The notes beneath the pieces were generated by a model. That model saw only the letters and a program-made list of their open reading frames with translations, searched no databases and had not been told where the DNA came from. DNA of 64,000 nt from Dicyema japonicum (Eukaryota > Animalia > Dicyemida): NCBI GenBank assembly GCA_011109175.1, contig RDEW01000004.1, positions 205,842 to 269,841 on the forward strand. The letters run 5' to 3'. The translations under genes and the position numbers were made by a program. How positions within the stretch are numbered: position 1 is the first letter of the stretch; each line of letters begins with the position of its first letter. Below are positions 12,281 through 24,440 of this stretch, one piece after another.

Positions 12281-14113
12281 CAGTATGACCTCTATTTGGG
12301 GCACCTATTTAAAAAAATGCCCCAAAAACAGAGGTTTCCCCAAAAATGGAGGTTCGGCATTTTCTTTAGATTTATCTACAGTTTAACAATTTAAATTTGC
12401 TTTTTATTAAATTTATAGATAAATAATGTTTTTTTATATAGATTTTTCAGAATTATATTAAAAACAAATTTATTTAACGATAGGAAAATAGTCTGTTAAT
12501 TTCCCTCCGGTTGCGGATTTTTTCATTTGCATTCCTAATATTTTTCTGAAATTATAATAATCTTTCAAAGTTTCAGGAAACAAATTGAAAATGTTCTCTT
12601 TAAGTGTATTCATCGCTGTTATTGTTTCCAAATGAGAATAGGTACATTTTACTCCGTCGTATATATTCTCGTCATCATTTTCTACTTCATTTTCAGTATA
12701 TCTGTAATTATGTTATCTAAACTCTCCAATTCATTATTCACCAATGATAGAGTTTGAAAACGACATCAATTTTCTTCCAACAATTAGTAATTGATTCAGA
12801 GTGTATTTGTTGTCTTCCCAACAATAATGATTATTTGTCTGAGATTTACTTGCTTTAAATTCAACATTGTAAACTTATCATCCTCAAAAGATAGGGTAAA
12901 ATCCATCAAATTATTTAAATAATTGGATTTGAACGATTTAATAACTATCTAAGGGTTGAATTAATGATGTTGCATTTTTTGGCAGAAAAAATAGCTCAAT
13001 GTTAGAAAAATGATTATTCTTGTGACAACTTGCATTGTCAAGCAAAAGGACAATTTTTCGGTTGTGTTGAATCATTTCTTCGTTGACAATGTTCAACCAA
13101 GTAATAAATATATCAGATGTCATCCAACAATTTTTAGAAAACGAATATAAAACTCCGTGCTCTTCAGGGTTAAAATTTTTCATACAACGTGGGGATTTAT
13201 ATTTTCCTATTAATAATGGCTTCAATTTTTCGCCACAAGCACTGACCGACAAAAGAATAGTGACTTTTTCTTTACTCTTTTTAATTCAAAAACAATATTG
13301 ATCTGAAGTTACAAATGATTTTGATGTTATTCTTTTAATGTACAATCCCGTTTCATCGCAGTTGAAAATATTTTGAATACCATAGTTATTAACATAGTCA
13401 TCGTACTTATCAAAAAAATTCCAAGGCAAGAAATATCACACGAATTTTTTTCACCATTTATTGTCTTAAATGACAAATTGTGTCTTTTCTTAAAATTTTC
13501 AAGCCAACTATTCGAACCTCTGAATGAAGTATAGTTCAAATTCCTAGCTACCTTTATAGCAATGTTTTCAAGAATAGGTACTGAAACGGGAATAAATTCT
13601 TCCCTTGCTTTAAAAAAGCATTCACAAACAATTTTATCGAATTTCTGTGACAGACTGTCTCTTCTCTGTGAAATTTGACTAAGACAATTTGATTGTACGG
13701 ACCCATTATTTATAAAGTTCATATAATTTTGTTTAATTCTAGATACTGCTCCTAAACAATAGAATTATCAGATAACCTTTACTAATTTATACTTTTTGAC
13801 AATATCTCGTTCGCTCATGAAACAATTTTCGTTGATTTCTTGGGCAATTTTAAGCTTTAACTCCAGAGTAAGCGTTCTCCCCATGACAACAAAAACGCAA
13901 ATCTAGCACGCGAAGTTTAAGAAAATTTATATAATTAAATTTAATATTAATTGCAAGACTTTATATAAATTAAAAAAAATTAAGTGCCCCACTAAGAGGT
14001 TCAGGTAATTTCCAAATTTAGAAATTACTGTATAAAAAATGATCTAATTTTCAAACTGCCCCAAAAATAGATGTGCCCAATGAGGAGGTCCGCCCCAAAT
14101 GGAGGTTGCACTG
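12281..14113 (-). mobile_element. pogo/Tigger-like DNA transposon (decayed transposase, ATG near 13884)
   Basis: TIRs CAGTATGACCTCTATTTGGGGC / CAGTGCAACCTCCATTTGGGGC with TA duplications; CENP-B HTH (FRGSNSWLENFKKRH), FNCDETGL, LLLDNASCH, LIQPLD. Confidence 0.9.
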
Positions 14114-14798
14114 TACTACATTCATTCCGAAAAGTAGCCAATCGTAAATTAATAACTTAGCCACAAATAACTCGCCGGCAGGTTTTTATGAGTTAGCCTC
14201 CTTTGGAACTCTATGGGGATAGTTCGACTTTGTTGTTATGGTTACGGATGGCACTATTTTCCCGTTAAGTTTTAGTCTTCCAATTCAACTTCCACTCCAT
14301 TCTTGGGGACACAAGCAAGTGCAAACCATCCTCAACTTGTGTAATCTTAGTGCAATCCTTGGAAATCGAATCAAGACATCGAGTCTACGATAACTGAGAT
14401 CTTAAGGATCTTTGACTGATGATGAACCTCATGGTAGTCCGATTTGGGTTACGTCGTTATTTCAGCATTCAAGTGAACCATATATCGTAACGGATCCTCC
14501 TTGATCTAGTGGGCATGACTTCGTTGTCTCTGCGGAGAGCATGGAGTGGTCAATTATGCGGATATAGCCTCGGAGTGGATATAACCTTTCTAAAAAACCC
14601 AAGATTTAAAGATAATCTTTTATAAGGAGATAACTTTGTGATAAAAGTCACAATATATTTTTTCAGTGATAACGACGAATAAAATATTATCTTATTTTTT
14701 TTAAATAAAAATTATAAAGAATAATAATAAATATTTAAAAAACTTACTAATTTATTCAAGAATTTGAATTCACTTTGTTGTTATATTTCGCATATTAA

Positions 14799-15379
14799 AT
14801 GGCAAGTAAAAAGACAATGAAAAAAGCCTCAAAGGAGGCAACAAAGAAGCACATCAAACATATTTGCGATGATTGAGACTGACCAGATCAAGAGATTCAA
14901 GGAGGTCTTTGCAATTATCGACCAAGATAACGACGGAATTATTTCAAAGAATGACCTCAGAAACACATACAACAGTCTAGGTAGGAAATTTATCTCTATT
15001 GGCAGGAATAAATCCTAAAGAGGGTGATCTCGACGAAAATGCTGGCTGAAGCTCAGGAAATCTTAATTTTACAATGTACTTGGCCATGTTTGGGGAGAGA
15101 CTGAAAGAATCTGACCCCGAGAATGTAATTGCCAGTGCCTTTGCCTGTCTGGACGCTGAGGGAAATGGTAGTGCTTCCGTTTTATTTCACAGGGTACTTA
15201 ATGGAGGACGAACTGAGGGGATATTTGACTTCAATGGGGCAGCGAATGACTGACGATGAGGTACCGCACCGTCTGACTCGTAGATCGACATAATTTTCAG
15301 GGATGCCAAAGTAAAGGACCAGAAGCTGTTGTACAAGGAGTGTGCGGCTATGCTCAAGCAGGGGCGGAAGGATGAATAA
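14799..15379 (+). CDS. MRLC: Myosin regulatory light chain (EF-hand), 3 micro-introns (25, 25, 23 nt), three 1-nt indels
   Basis: [37 protein letters not shown]...[31 protein letters not shown]...[12 protein letters not shown]. Confidence 0.9.
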
Positions 15380-15763
15380 ACTAATTTGATAATTTAACAA
15401 AAGTTGTTCTGTGTGGTCTATTAGAATTTATTATATTAAATTTCCGTTATTGGATAGAATTATTGATTAATTTAGAATTATTTTATAAATTTTTTTGTTG
15501 CATCAAAATATTGATCTAATTTTTTCTACTTTGATTGAGTCTAAAGGACTACTCGGGCTCTTGGCATCCTCTACCGATAGGTTATCATTTATTTTAGGAA
15601 GCTTCATCCTGCCCGGACCTCCTGTGGAAGCGTCCAGCACTAGGGACCCCTGGGACAGCTGGCCTCCTACAAGGAAACTAACTAATGTTCCACATTTGAA
15701 GAGTTGAAGAAAGTCATGCGTTTGTTGGGCTGCGTTTTGGAAACCGCATCGATGTGTATTAGC

Positions 15764-16615
15764 CGTGTCCATCAAAATGGCCTCCATTCAAAATGGCCTC
15801 CAATTAATTTTTTCAGGTTTTGGATAAGTTCATCAATAAACCATCACGAGATTTTAGCAAAACGACATCTTTAGGTAAAAAAAGTCATCTTTTTTAAATC
15901 TTATAAAAATTGATTTTACCAAGGTCCTCGACATCTTTAGGTAAAAAATCATCTTTTTTAAATCTTATAAAAATTGATTTTGCCAAGGTCCTCGACATCT
16001 TTAGGTAAAAAAGTCATCTTTTTTAAATCTTATAAAAATTTATTTTAACGGGTCCTATGGGTAAGTGGAACATTTTACCATGGTCCATATCTCAATTGGA
16101 GGCTGGCACAAACGTTTTTAGAAGTACATTTGGACACTAAACAAGATTCCAAGAAATTTTGTAAAAGAAATTGATAAAAGAAGAAAGCATAATGATAAAA
16201 TTCTTAAGATACGAAATGGAGAAAAAATTCTTAGAAAAACTAAACATATTGCTTTATCTGAGAATACATTGAGATTTGTTTAAGAACAAATGTTACTTAA
16301 CTTGGATCCGATAGAATATATATTCAATTTAGTTATATATTCTATTACATTTATAATTATTTTCTATTTTTCCTTTTGAAAATAAATCTTTCATTTTAAA
16401 TTTAAATAAAAATATTTTAAAAAATAAATGTTTACCTAAAGATGTCGAGGACCTTAGGAAAATCAATTTTTATACGATATAAAAAGATGACTCTTTTACC
16501 TAAAGATGTCGAGGACCTTGGTAAAATATCTCGTGATGTCTATTGATGAACGTATCCAAAACCTGAGAAATTTTATTGGAGGCCATTTTGAAGGAGGCCA
16601 TTTTGAATGGGAACC
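15764..16615. mobile_element. Non-autonomous foldback/MITE with long modular TIRs and an 8-bp TSD
   Basis: Inverted ends ...CATTCAAAATGGCCTCC..., ~65-bp subterminal units (3 left, ~2 right), perfect direct repeat gtattagc at 15756-15763 and 16616-16623. Confidence 0.85.
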
Positions 16616-17565
16616 GTATTAGCACTTGGAATTTAACCTATGTATGTCCGACCGCTGAACAAATTTTAATTGAGTAAACTCTAAGAGTTGGAAAGCATTT
16701 GGGGATCAACGTAAAACATCCCCAATGCTGACTACTCAATCGAATGATAAGGGGGTAATCTAATTATTGGCTTTTACTAAGGATTCCAGTCCGAAGATAC
16801 TATAACCCAACATCACCCGACATATCCATTTCTTCCTTAAAAATTGAACCACAAATTGGAGGAACGTTTTCTATGACTTCCACGATGATTACAATCCGAT
16901 TACACTATGGATTAACCGCTTTAAAAGCCCACGTTGGATCGAATTAGTTCACACAATAAGAGGTTGACGGACAGAACATAATCATCAATTTAAGCATTTT
17001 CGTTTCCCATATTCATGACCTCCGAAATTCTAATTTTGAGTATCCTTTCAATATATTATCTCACATTAGCTGGTATTGCCTCCAAGTTTATGAGAATTAA
17101 CAGGGAATCGTTGGTTTTTTATTAATTCAATAATTCCTAAAGAAAATTCTCGATTTGTAAAGGATCGTTATTAATTGGGGATCTTTTATGGCTTCTTTTC
17201 ACTCTGACTGAGCAATCATTTGTTACTAAATCCATCTACGATTTCAATTTCGCTTCCTTATTTGGTAGAATAGTGGTTTATGGGTTTGAACCAACTCCCC
17301 ATCTTCAAAATCAGAGAAACCTGGTGGATGCCCAATATCAGAAAACATTTTTTTTCAATTCCGAGGCTCCAATTAGTATATCAACATGGTGGTGAAAGGA
17401 TCGTCTCCTCAAACTCTATTCCCAACAAATGTAAGAAATCGCATATTTAACCTGATCTAAAACTTGGTTTCCCATACATCATACCCCCATATAAACCAAA
17501 AGTTTCCCATACATCATACCCCCATACTCATGACGGGCGCATTATCGTAAAGTTAGAACTTCTGT

Positions 17566-17998
17566 TTTTTTGGTTGAGGTGGTGACGACGCCTATATTAC
17601 ACTATGTCTTATTCGTATTCCTTACCGACTTCTCCGTTCACTCTGGGATCTTTTAATTGGATCTAACAAAATATGACATCTCTGTCTGCTGTTACAAGAG
17701 ACAAAAACGACCGTACAATCAACAGAACTGTTTGGCAGATTCCATCTTTTCACCCTCCACTGGTCTTCTCACATTATGATTTCGGATTTTCAGTCCATCA
17801 GATCTGATTCGCTGTGTACAATAGTGTGGGCAGCATCTGACATTATAATGAAAATGGCGGACACATGAACTACCTAGAGAACTAATGCGCAACGGAAGAT
17901 CATGTTCGCAGCTGACGAAGAGGATGACTCGGAATACGGCACAAGGGAAACTTAACTAATTTTATGTTTTCTCGAGAGTGCTTTTTAATAATTAATAA
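17566..17998 (+). mobile_element. Bipartite non-autonomous RTE derivative, full copy
   Basis: RTE 5' motif plus APE N-terminal remnant joined to the RT C-terminal tail; TSD tagaacttctgt / tagaacttttgt; sister copy at 57520-57950. Confidence 0.85.
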
Positions 17999-18801
17999 TA
18001 GAACTTTTGTCACGCATAAACAACCTGGGGGTTTGATTGTCGACATTCTGTATCCCGGGAAAAGTTCACATATAATATTTTACTACCGACCGGAGACAAG
18101 ATGATATAGAACTCAATCTTTAGGGAGAATTTACCACCATACAAGGAAAACAAAACTATGGAACTAACCTTTAATCTCCTGAACTCATTTTCCGCCAAAA
18201 AGGACGTCCTCAAATATTATAAAAACTGTCTTAACGTCAGAGCTTCAACCGTAACAAAATGTGCCTCCACCCCGTATAACTTCCTGAAACCGACGCCTAT
18301 GCTTCGCGGGCCTATGGTGTGTCAGTTTCAAATTACAAAACTGTAAACTCTCTAAGAAAATGGTCCGTCTACCTCACATCAAAATTCACTTCTTCCCTAT
18401 TCTACTCGACTCATGTCTGCGGTGTCGAATTTGATCGTCTTTTTAGATCAGCGGTAGAAGCCGTTGAAACCGGAAGAAACCCACATTCTGGATAGAAGAA
18501 AACAGTGGGAACCATGGAGAAATATCACAAAATTTTGCGTGACTGTCCTAAATATGGGGATCACTTGATTAGTCGGTTTAACTATTTCTCGGTGTTCCCT
18601 TTTTTGGAGTTAAAAAATCAAGTGTGGGGAGTTAGCAAAAAACTAATTGAAAAAATTGATGTAGAAACTGTTCACTCGGCAGACAAAAATGAAAAGCATC
18701 GCGAAATTCTGTTTTAAGGGCGAAACGACAAAAAAGGCAATGTCGTGTAAAATTCTTAAGACGAAAAGGCATATTTTTTTAAAAAAAAAAAAATCAAAAT
18801 A

Positions 18802-19532
18802 CACTCGACCCTCGCAAATTGGCCAATTTTTAATTTAAATTTAAAAAAATAAAAATTTAATTAACACATGTAATCCAATTCCTTTCGTGGATGCTGTACT
18901 CGACTTACTTTTAAAGAAAAAACTGAAATTGTTAATTGTAAGGAAGAAAATGATGACATTACGTGACAGCGATTAGCTGATAGATTCTCAAGCATATTCC
19001 GAAAGACAATATTAATAAAAACAATAAATAATCTTTTACTGAAGAAGGACACTAGACGATCAGGAATTGTTTTAAAGTTTTTAATAACTCCAATAACGAA
19101 ATTTTTGAAATTGATATTAATGATGCAATAATCAGAAGAACAGACATTTTCGATCCTTTCAAAGTTGAGGATTTTTAAATATTGAATACACAAAATTAAA
19201 CATTTATTGAAAATCAAAATCCTTTAGAAGATTCTGAAAATAGTGAACAAGAATTTGAAAAAACAAGTCATACAGACAAAATGATATTGCAGTTAGATTA
19301 ACTGAAATAGAGAGGGAACTCTTAGCCAATGTAGAGAATGAACATGAAGTTGCAAGTATTATCGAAAAAAACAGATAAGAATTACATTTTATTTTAATAA
19401 AACTTAAATACGTTATTTTGTTCATTTAAGGCAATTATTTGCTATTGTTCTTCAAAATTATTGATTTTATTTTTTCAAATAGGCCACAAAATTCTAAGGA
19501 ACTAAAAATGCCTAATTTGCGAGGGTCGATTG
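18802..19532 (+). mobile_element. Internally deleted pogo-like element
   Basis: TA|CACTCGACCCTCGCAAATT ... AATTTGCGAGGGTCGATTG|TA; interior is a decayed, acidic transposase C-terminus-like sequence. Confidence 0.8.
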
Positions 19533-19939
19533 TACACGTGAAATAATAAAACAGAAATTTCTATCCATACAAGATCTTAGTGGCAAATGACCGTCATGTT
19601 GGATGTTCTAAACTTAAAATAAAACTGGTAGTTCCCTGGTTCAGTGGGCAACAAATTCTTAGAGTTATGGCAGAATTCAGTTAATGACTTTAATGGTTTC
19701 CGTAGGATAAATTGGATTTCATTAAGAAACTGCCGATAAATCAATTAAATCGATTGAGAAACCAGGGGGTAACAGAAAAGTAGCAGCCAAAGGGGGATGT
19801 TCAAGAGATCATCCAAACGTATCTCACATGGGCAGATCATACCAAGAGGTGGGTCTCTTGTGGTCTAGCAGGCAGGATGGGGGTATTATAGAAATGACTT
19901 AAAGGAAGATTTACTAAGAAAACATTTAAAGGGGTTAAA

Positions 19940-20576
19940 TCAGATTTTAAATAACTTTTTGAATAAATATATGAGATTTTTCGATTTAGTGTCGTATATC
20001 ATATTACTAGAAATATTCTTGGATGGCTGGGAGGCTTTCCTCAAAATATAATTCTTGGATCTTTGGTTTTTTAAATCAAAATATATTTTGAGAATCTTTG
20101 AGAAAAACATCTTCACTGAGTCACCGTCCATGGTAGAGAAAATATAGGTGGTAAAGGGGAGCTTGGAGTCTTTTTCAATAGAGATTGCACTAGTGACTGG
20201 GTCCATAACATTCGCCACAAATGCTATGAACGGTAAAAACTTTTGTCGCAGGTCCTCGATCTGCTTCAAGATATCCATCGCCTTTTTGTAAGAGAATCTG
20301 TCCCCTTCTTATAGACTATAAGTATAATATCAGCCTCCATGATTGAAATTTCATCATAACTGTGCTGGAAAATGCACCACATGTGTCCACCATCTTGAAT
20401 GATGTGTCGCATTTGTTGTCGATGTTTACTTCATAGGTGTCCCCAACTGTTGGAATATAAGTCACCACTTTCGCCCCCCACAAATAATTTGAAATTAGCG
20501 ATGTTTTTCCCACCATTTTGTATCCCATCACATAAATTTAAAGCTGTATAACTATTGCCAACCTATTGTCGCTCAT
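19940..20576 (-). CDS. Divergent Ras-family small GTPase (DIRAS/RASD-like), 2 apparent frameshifts
   Basis: GYKMVGKTSLI, YIPTVGDTY, MVDTCG, SIMEADIILIVY, FVANVMD. Confidence 0.6.
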
Positions 20577-20721
20577 TCCACAAAACACAGTCTATGACAC
20601 GTGTCTTTCTATTTAGCAAGAATCTATTTTAGGAGTAAGCGCACAATAAAGTGTTCGAAAATATCTTATCGATTTCGATATTATTAGATTTATTTAATTG
20701 ATTTATTATTAACATTTAAAT

Positions 20722-20782
20722 CGGATGCACTTAATTAGTTGTTTACTTTAACTTCTTTCTCGGTGTATCCGGGGTTAATAAA
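20722..20782 (+). mobile_element. 5'-truncated copy of SINE-like family A
   Basis: Last ~60 nt of family A flanked by the perfect 12-bp TSD taacatttaaat (20710-20721 / 20783-20794). Confidence 0.8.
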
Positions 20783-20879
20783 TAACATTTAAATTAATTA
20801 ACATTTTGAATTGGAAACGTGTTTCGCAACTAGTGCCAACTCCGTTCGAGGAACTTTGAGGAGAATGGGAGCCCATTTG

Positions 20880-20990
20880 AAACCTCAAATTTCCGAAAAG
20901 TGGATCATCCATACAGGAAGTGTGCCGGCTCTCGGGAGGAACACCGAGAAAAGATGAGGCGGGTGCTTAAGGAGGTCGGGATCACCTGAC
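20880..20990 (+). mobile_element. LINE 3' fragment related to 42340-42460
   Basis: ggaacaccgagaaaagatg...gggatcacctga is shared with the reverse complement of 42350-42420. Confidence 0.45.
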
Positions 20991-21599
20991 AGGTGATTCT
21001 TGTCTTCAAACAAATAAATGGGAAATATGGGATCACGTGGGTAGTTAGTTTGGTGCTATCGTGGTCTTTTGAATTTTTCATTTCCGTGCTGTTTCTGTCT
21101 TAAAATTTGGACACGAAAAAACTCCCTAATGAACTGTGTATTCTATTCAAATCTTATAAAAACTCAAAATGTGGGCTTACGATTAATTATTGGCTGTAAC
21201 CTGTGTACATCGGTACACCATTGCTTTTGGAAACTTTTATCCTTCCAATGGAAGATCACCTTTGCTTCGAAACCTACAATTCCTGAATGACTTAACAAAT
21301 CATGTGCGTCCATGAAATGACCTACTGAAGAAGAAATCTAAGATTTATTGTTTCTACAGTATGGACAGCTGCCAGATGCTAGAGAAGACTCTCCCATCTC
21401 AGAAGTCCTCCATAACAAAGACGATCCATGATTTTACATCAGCTCAGGCCTTTCTTTGCTTAAGAAGAAACACCTTGCTTGATAATCCTCCCCACCAATA
21501 TATGATTCATAAGCCTAAGTGACTTGTAGGAAAACCCAGCACTATCAGCCCGACGCTTGATGGCAGTCGGCCTTCTACATGTTATGATGTGGGGAAACC

Positions 21600-22080
21600 A
21601 TTTAATTGAAAAAATGCAAGCGTGGTCTCTTGCGAGTTACCCGAAGGGGCGTTCCTATTTCGAACAGGAATAAAAAGAATAGTCAACTTCTCCCCACCAC
21701 TCTGGATCGTCATTTGTAGTGGTTCCCTTAACTTATGTGACCCCACATCAAACGTCATCAAACTAACCCGCCTTCATTATTGAATAATTTATTATGCGGT
21801 GACCTTAATGCGCGATACCCTTTCTAGTTAACTTCAAAGTCCTCTTACAAACAAGGCGAGCTCATCACAATGTCTTGAATGACCACCTAAACTCTCGCAC
21901 ACTCACCCTCATAAAACGAAGAAACCTTGTGATGCTGACCGATGGACTCGAACTCTTTGAAAACCATCAGTTAACTTAATATAAACATCAGCTTGAGCAC
22001 AGAGAACATCAGGAACAGATCGACACCTGCTCAGTCACCTTAACAGGAAAAATTCATCTCTCCAATTCTGGAAAACACTA
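21600..22080 (+). mobile_element. Decayed APE endonuclease remnant
   Basis: LLCGDLNAR motif near 21790; the rest is heavily broken. Confidence 0.3.
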
Positions 22081-22129
22081 AAAATGATTAAATTAGAGGA
22101 TGTAAACGGAATCGAAAAGCTTTCTCCAG

Positions 22130-22740
22130 AACACGTGTGTCATAAATCCTAATTTACTTAGAAACATCACACTGTGGTTCCACCAAAGAGTCAATCTACT
22201 TCACTTCCTCCTTCGAGTTGTACAGAAGTATCCTTAGTTTGATGCTGATTCCTTTTTGTTTAAGCCACACATTTTTAGTTCACGCACAGCCGCATTTTCC
22301 AAGGTTTTTCTTATAATATCTTCACTTTCAACTGAAGGGAACCGAGTTTTTTTACACTTCTCTTCATGATTGTTACTCATTCTTCTAATTTCCGTGAATT
22401 CTATTTCCCATTTAGATCCTGCGCATTTTATATAATTGTTACAAGAACGCTCTGTCTTCGGAAATTATGTCGACATAGTCTGCATAAGTCACTTCTTTTT
22501 AATATATCTTTCAATGTTCCCTCAGCTGCTTCCAAATATATCGTGAACAGAATAAGGGAGAGAGATTCTCCTAGCGGGGTGCCCGTGTTTGGTTTAAATC
22601 TTGTTGAGTAGGTTTTTCGGACTATATTGTTCATAACCTCCATTAGTTTATACTTGTTGATCGTGTCAAAGGCTCCTGATATGTCTATTCCCATAATATT
22701 GGTGTGTTATTGTATATTTTATGTGTTGCACTATGTGGAT
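22130..22740 (-). mobile_element. RTE reverse transcriptase remnant with internal deletions
   Basis: GIDISGAFDTIN, NTGTPLGESLSLILFTIYLEAA, YADYVD, GISIKLRILLYNS. Confidence 0.7.
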
Positions 22741-23059
22741 TCAGATAGAAGTACCACATCCAAGTCAAAATAAAATCGATGGATGAGGAAAGGCATTTTC
22801 GTTCTGTAGTGGGACCACAGACTTGGATTGTCTAGTTGATTGGTAGAACTGTGATCACATAGCAGTTTGGGGTTATTTCTTTCTCAATGTCGATGATCAT
22901 AATTTCCTCCAGTCACCGTGACCGTTGTTTCTACGGCCCTGAAGAACATCTTGACAAAAAACGCTCTCCTTTCTGGGGTTAAAAACCATAAATAATATGA
23001 TATTTGATACTTCCTTGTCATTTTAAAAACATGTATCATATGAGAAAGATCTCATAAGC

Positions 23060-23810
23060 TCAACTTACTCCGGGCCGTGGCAGACACGTCATTTGGCCAG
23101 AGCAGAGAGCTTGAAGATTATATACAGACAATTTATAAGGACAACGATGAACTGTTCCTGTCTGGGGTTTATCAATGACAAACGTCGAAAAAATATTCAA
23201 AACTCTGCTCTAAGAATAATTACAGGCTGTCTAAAAACCACACCAATTGACCATCTAGACTGGGAATCAAAAATTCTCCCAATTAGTAACCTTGACAAGT
23301 GTATAACGCAGGGACATCCAACTCATAGCCTTTGGATCTCCACAAACAAAAGAAGAATTATTCCTACTCTTGGATATCAACTTCGGTTTCTAAAAACGAT
23401 CCAAGAGACTGAGCCCTCTCAGTCACAACAGAAAATAATCCGTGGCTGGATATCCACCAAAGATTCTGAAACGTATTCCACCAGTTATTGACGGAAGCGA
23501 AACTACCCTCAACCCTTAGTTCTTGTCCACTTGGCGAACATACGCTGTGGTCATCACATGGATTTACATTCGTATCTTTACAGGATCGGACAATCGTCCT
23601 ATCCACTATGCTCATTATGCTTTCTTGACGACCAGGAGATGAGTTACCTCTTCTCTTGTCAGGGTCCACCTCCGAGTTCTGCAGTAATTTCCTTTTCAAT
23701 TCCAGAGAATCAATTATACCTGTCCGATTTCTGGGACCGTCCGGTTTTAGCTGTAACCTTCTAGTTAGCCACTGGTTTCCTTCACTCGAAGAAACCTGAG
23801 GTAAATAAAT
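23060..23810 (+). mobile_element. I/Ingi-like LINE, 3' part
   Basis: IYRQFIRTTM...IQNSALRIITGCLKTTPIDHL; C-terminal IRCGHH...PLCSLC...YLFSC; tail gaggtaaataaataa. Confidence 0.75.
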
Positions 23811-24440
23811 AAAAACAACTAGTTAATCCAAATAAGAAACCCGAGGGATAACGTCTGTTTGTGTTGACCAAATCCATCGTCCAATAGTCCATTACAGGAT
23901 GCCGCTTCCGAAGAGAGGTGGATAGGTCCTACCGTAGGTCCGCCCGCTTCCATTTTCATCGAACTTCTTACCGTCGCGGACATCACTTTATTTTCGGCGG
24001 AAGAGTTTTGATAATCGTAATCTTCACCAATGGATTTGGTCAGGGAGAAGGTAGGAAGATCTCTTTCAACAACTCTGCCATGGCAGAAGAACCCGTCGCC
24101 TCACAGGTGGAATCTATTGACGATAGTTGACCTTCGCTGAAAACTCCATCCTTCGGATTCGAAACCACGACTGTCAGGTCCGATATTATAAGAAGTTAAG
24201 TTCAGTCAGAAGACCCTAGTTTTAGTAAATTATTATTGATAAAAATAATAAATATGAAAATATAATCATTAGTAAAAAATAAGTGTTTTTTATTTAAAAA
24301 TAAAAAAATAACCGCCATTTATATTAGTAAATTTTAATCCTGGTGATGAAGGATTTAAAGTATGGAAATATTGATTATTCCGATAAAACCAAGCCTTATA
24401 TTATATATGGAGGTGATTAACATTAAATATTAGAGAATTA

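Noticed and set aside
15790-16060. Regularly spaced repeats resembling a CRISPR array
   Set aside because: The units are contiguous with no unique spacers, are mirrored in the opposite TIR, and sit in eukaryotic context with no cas genes.
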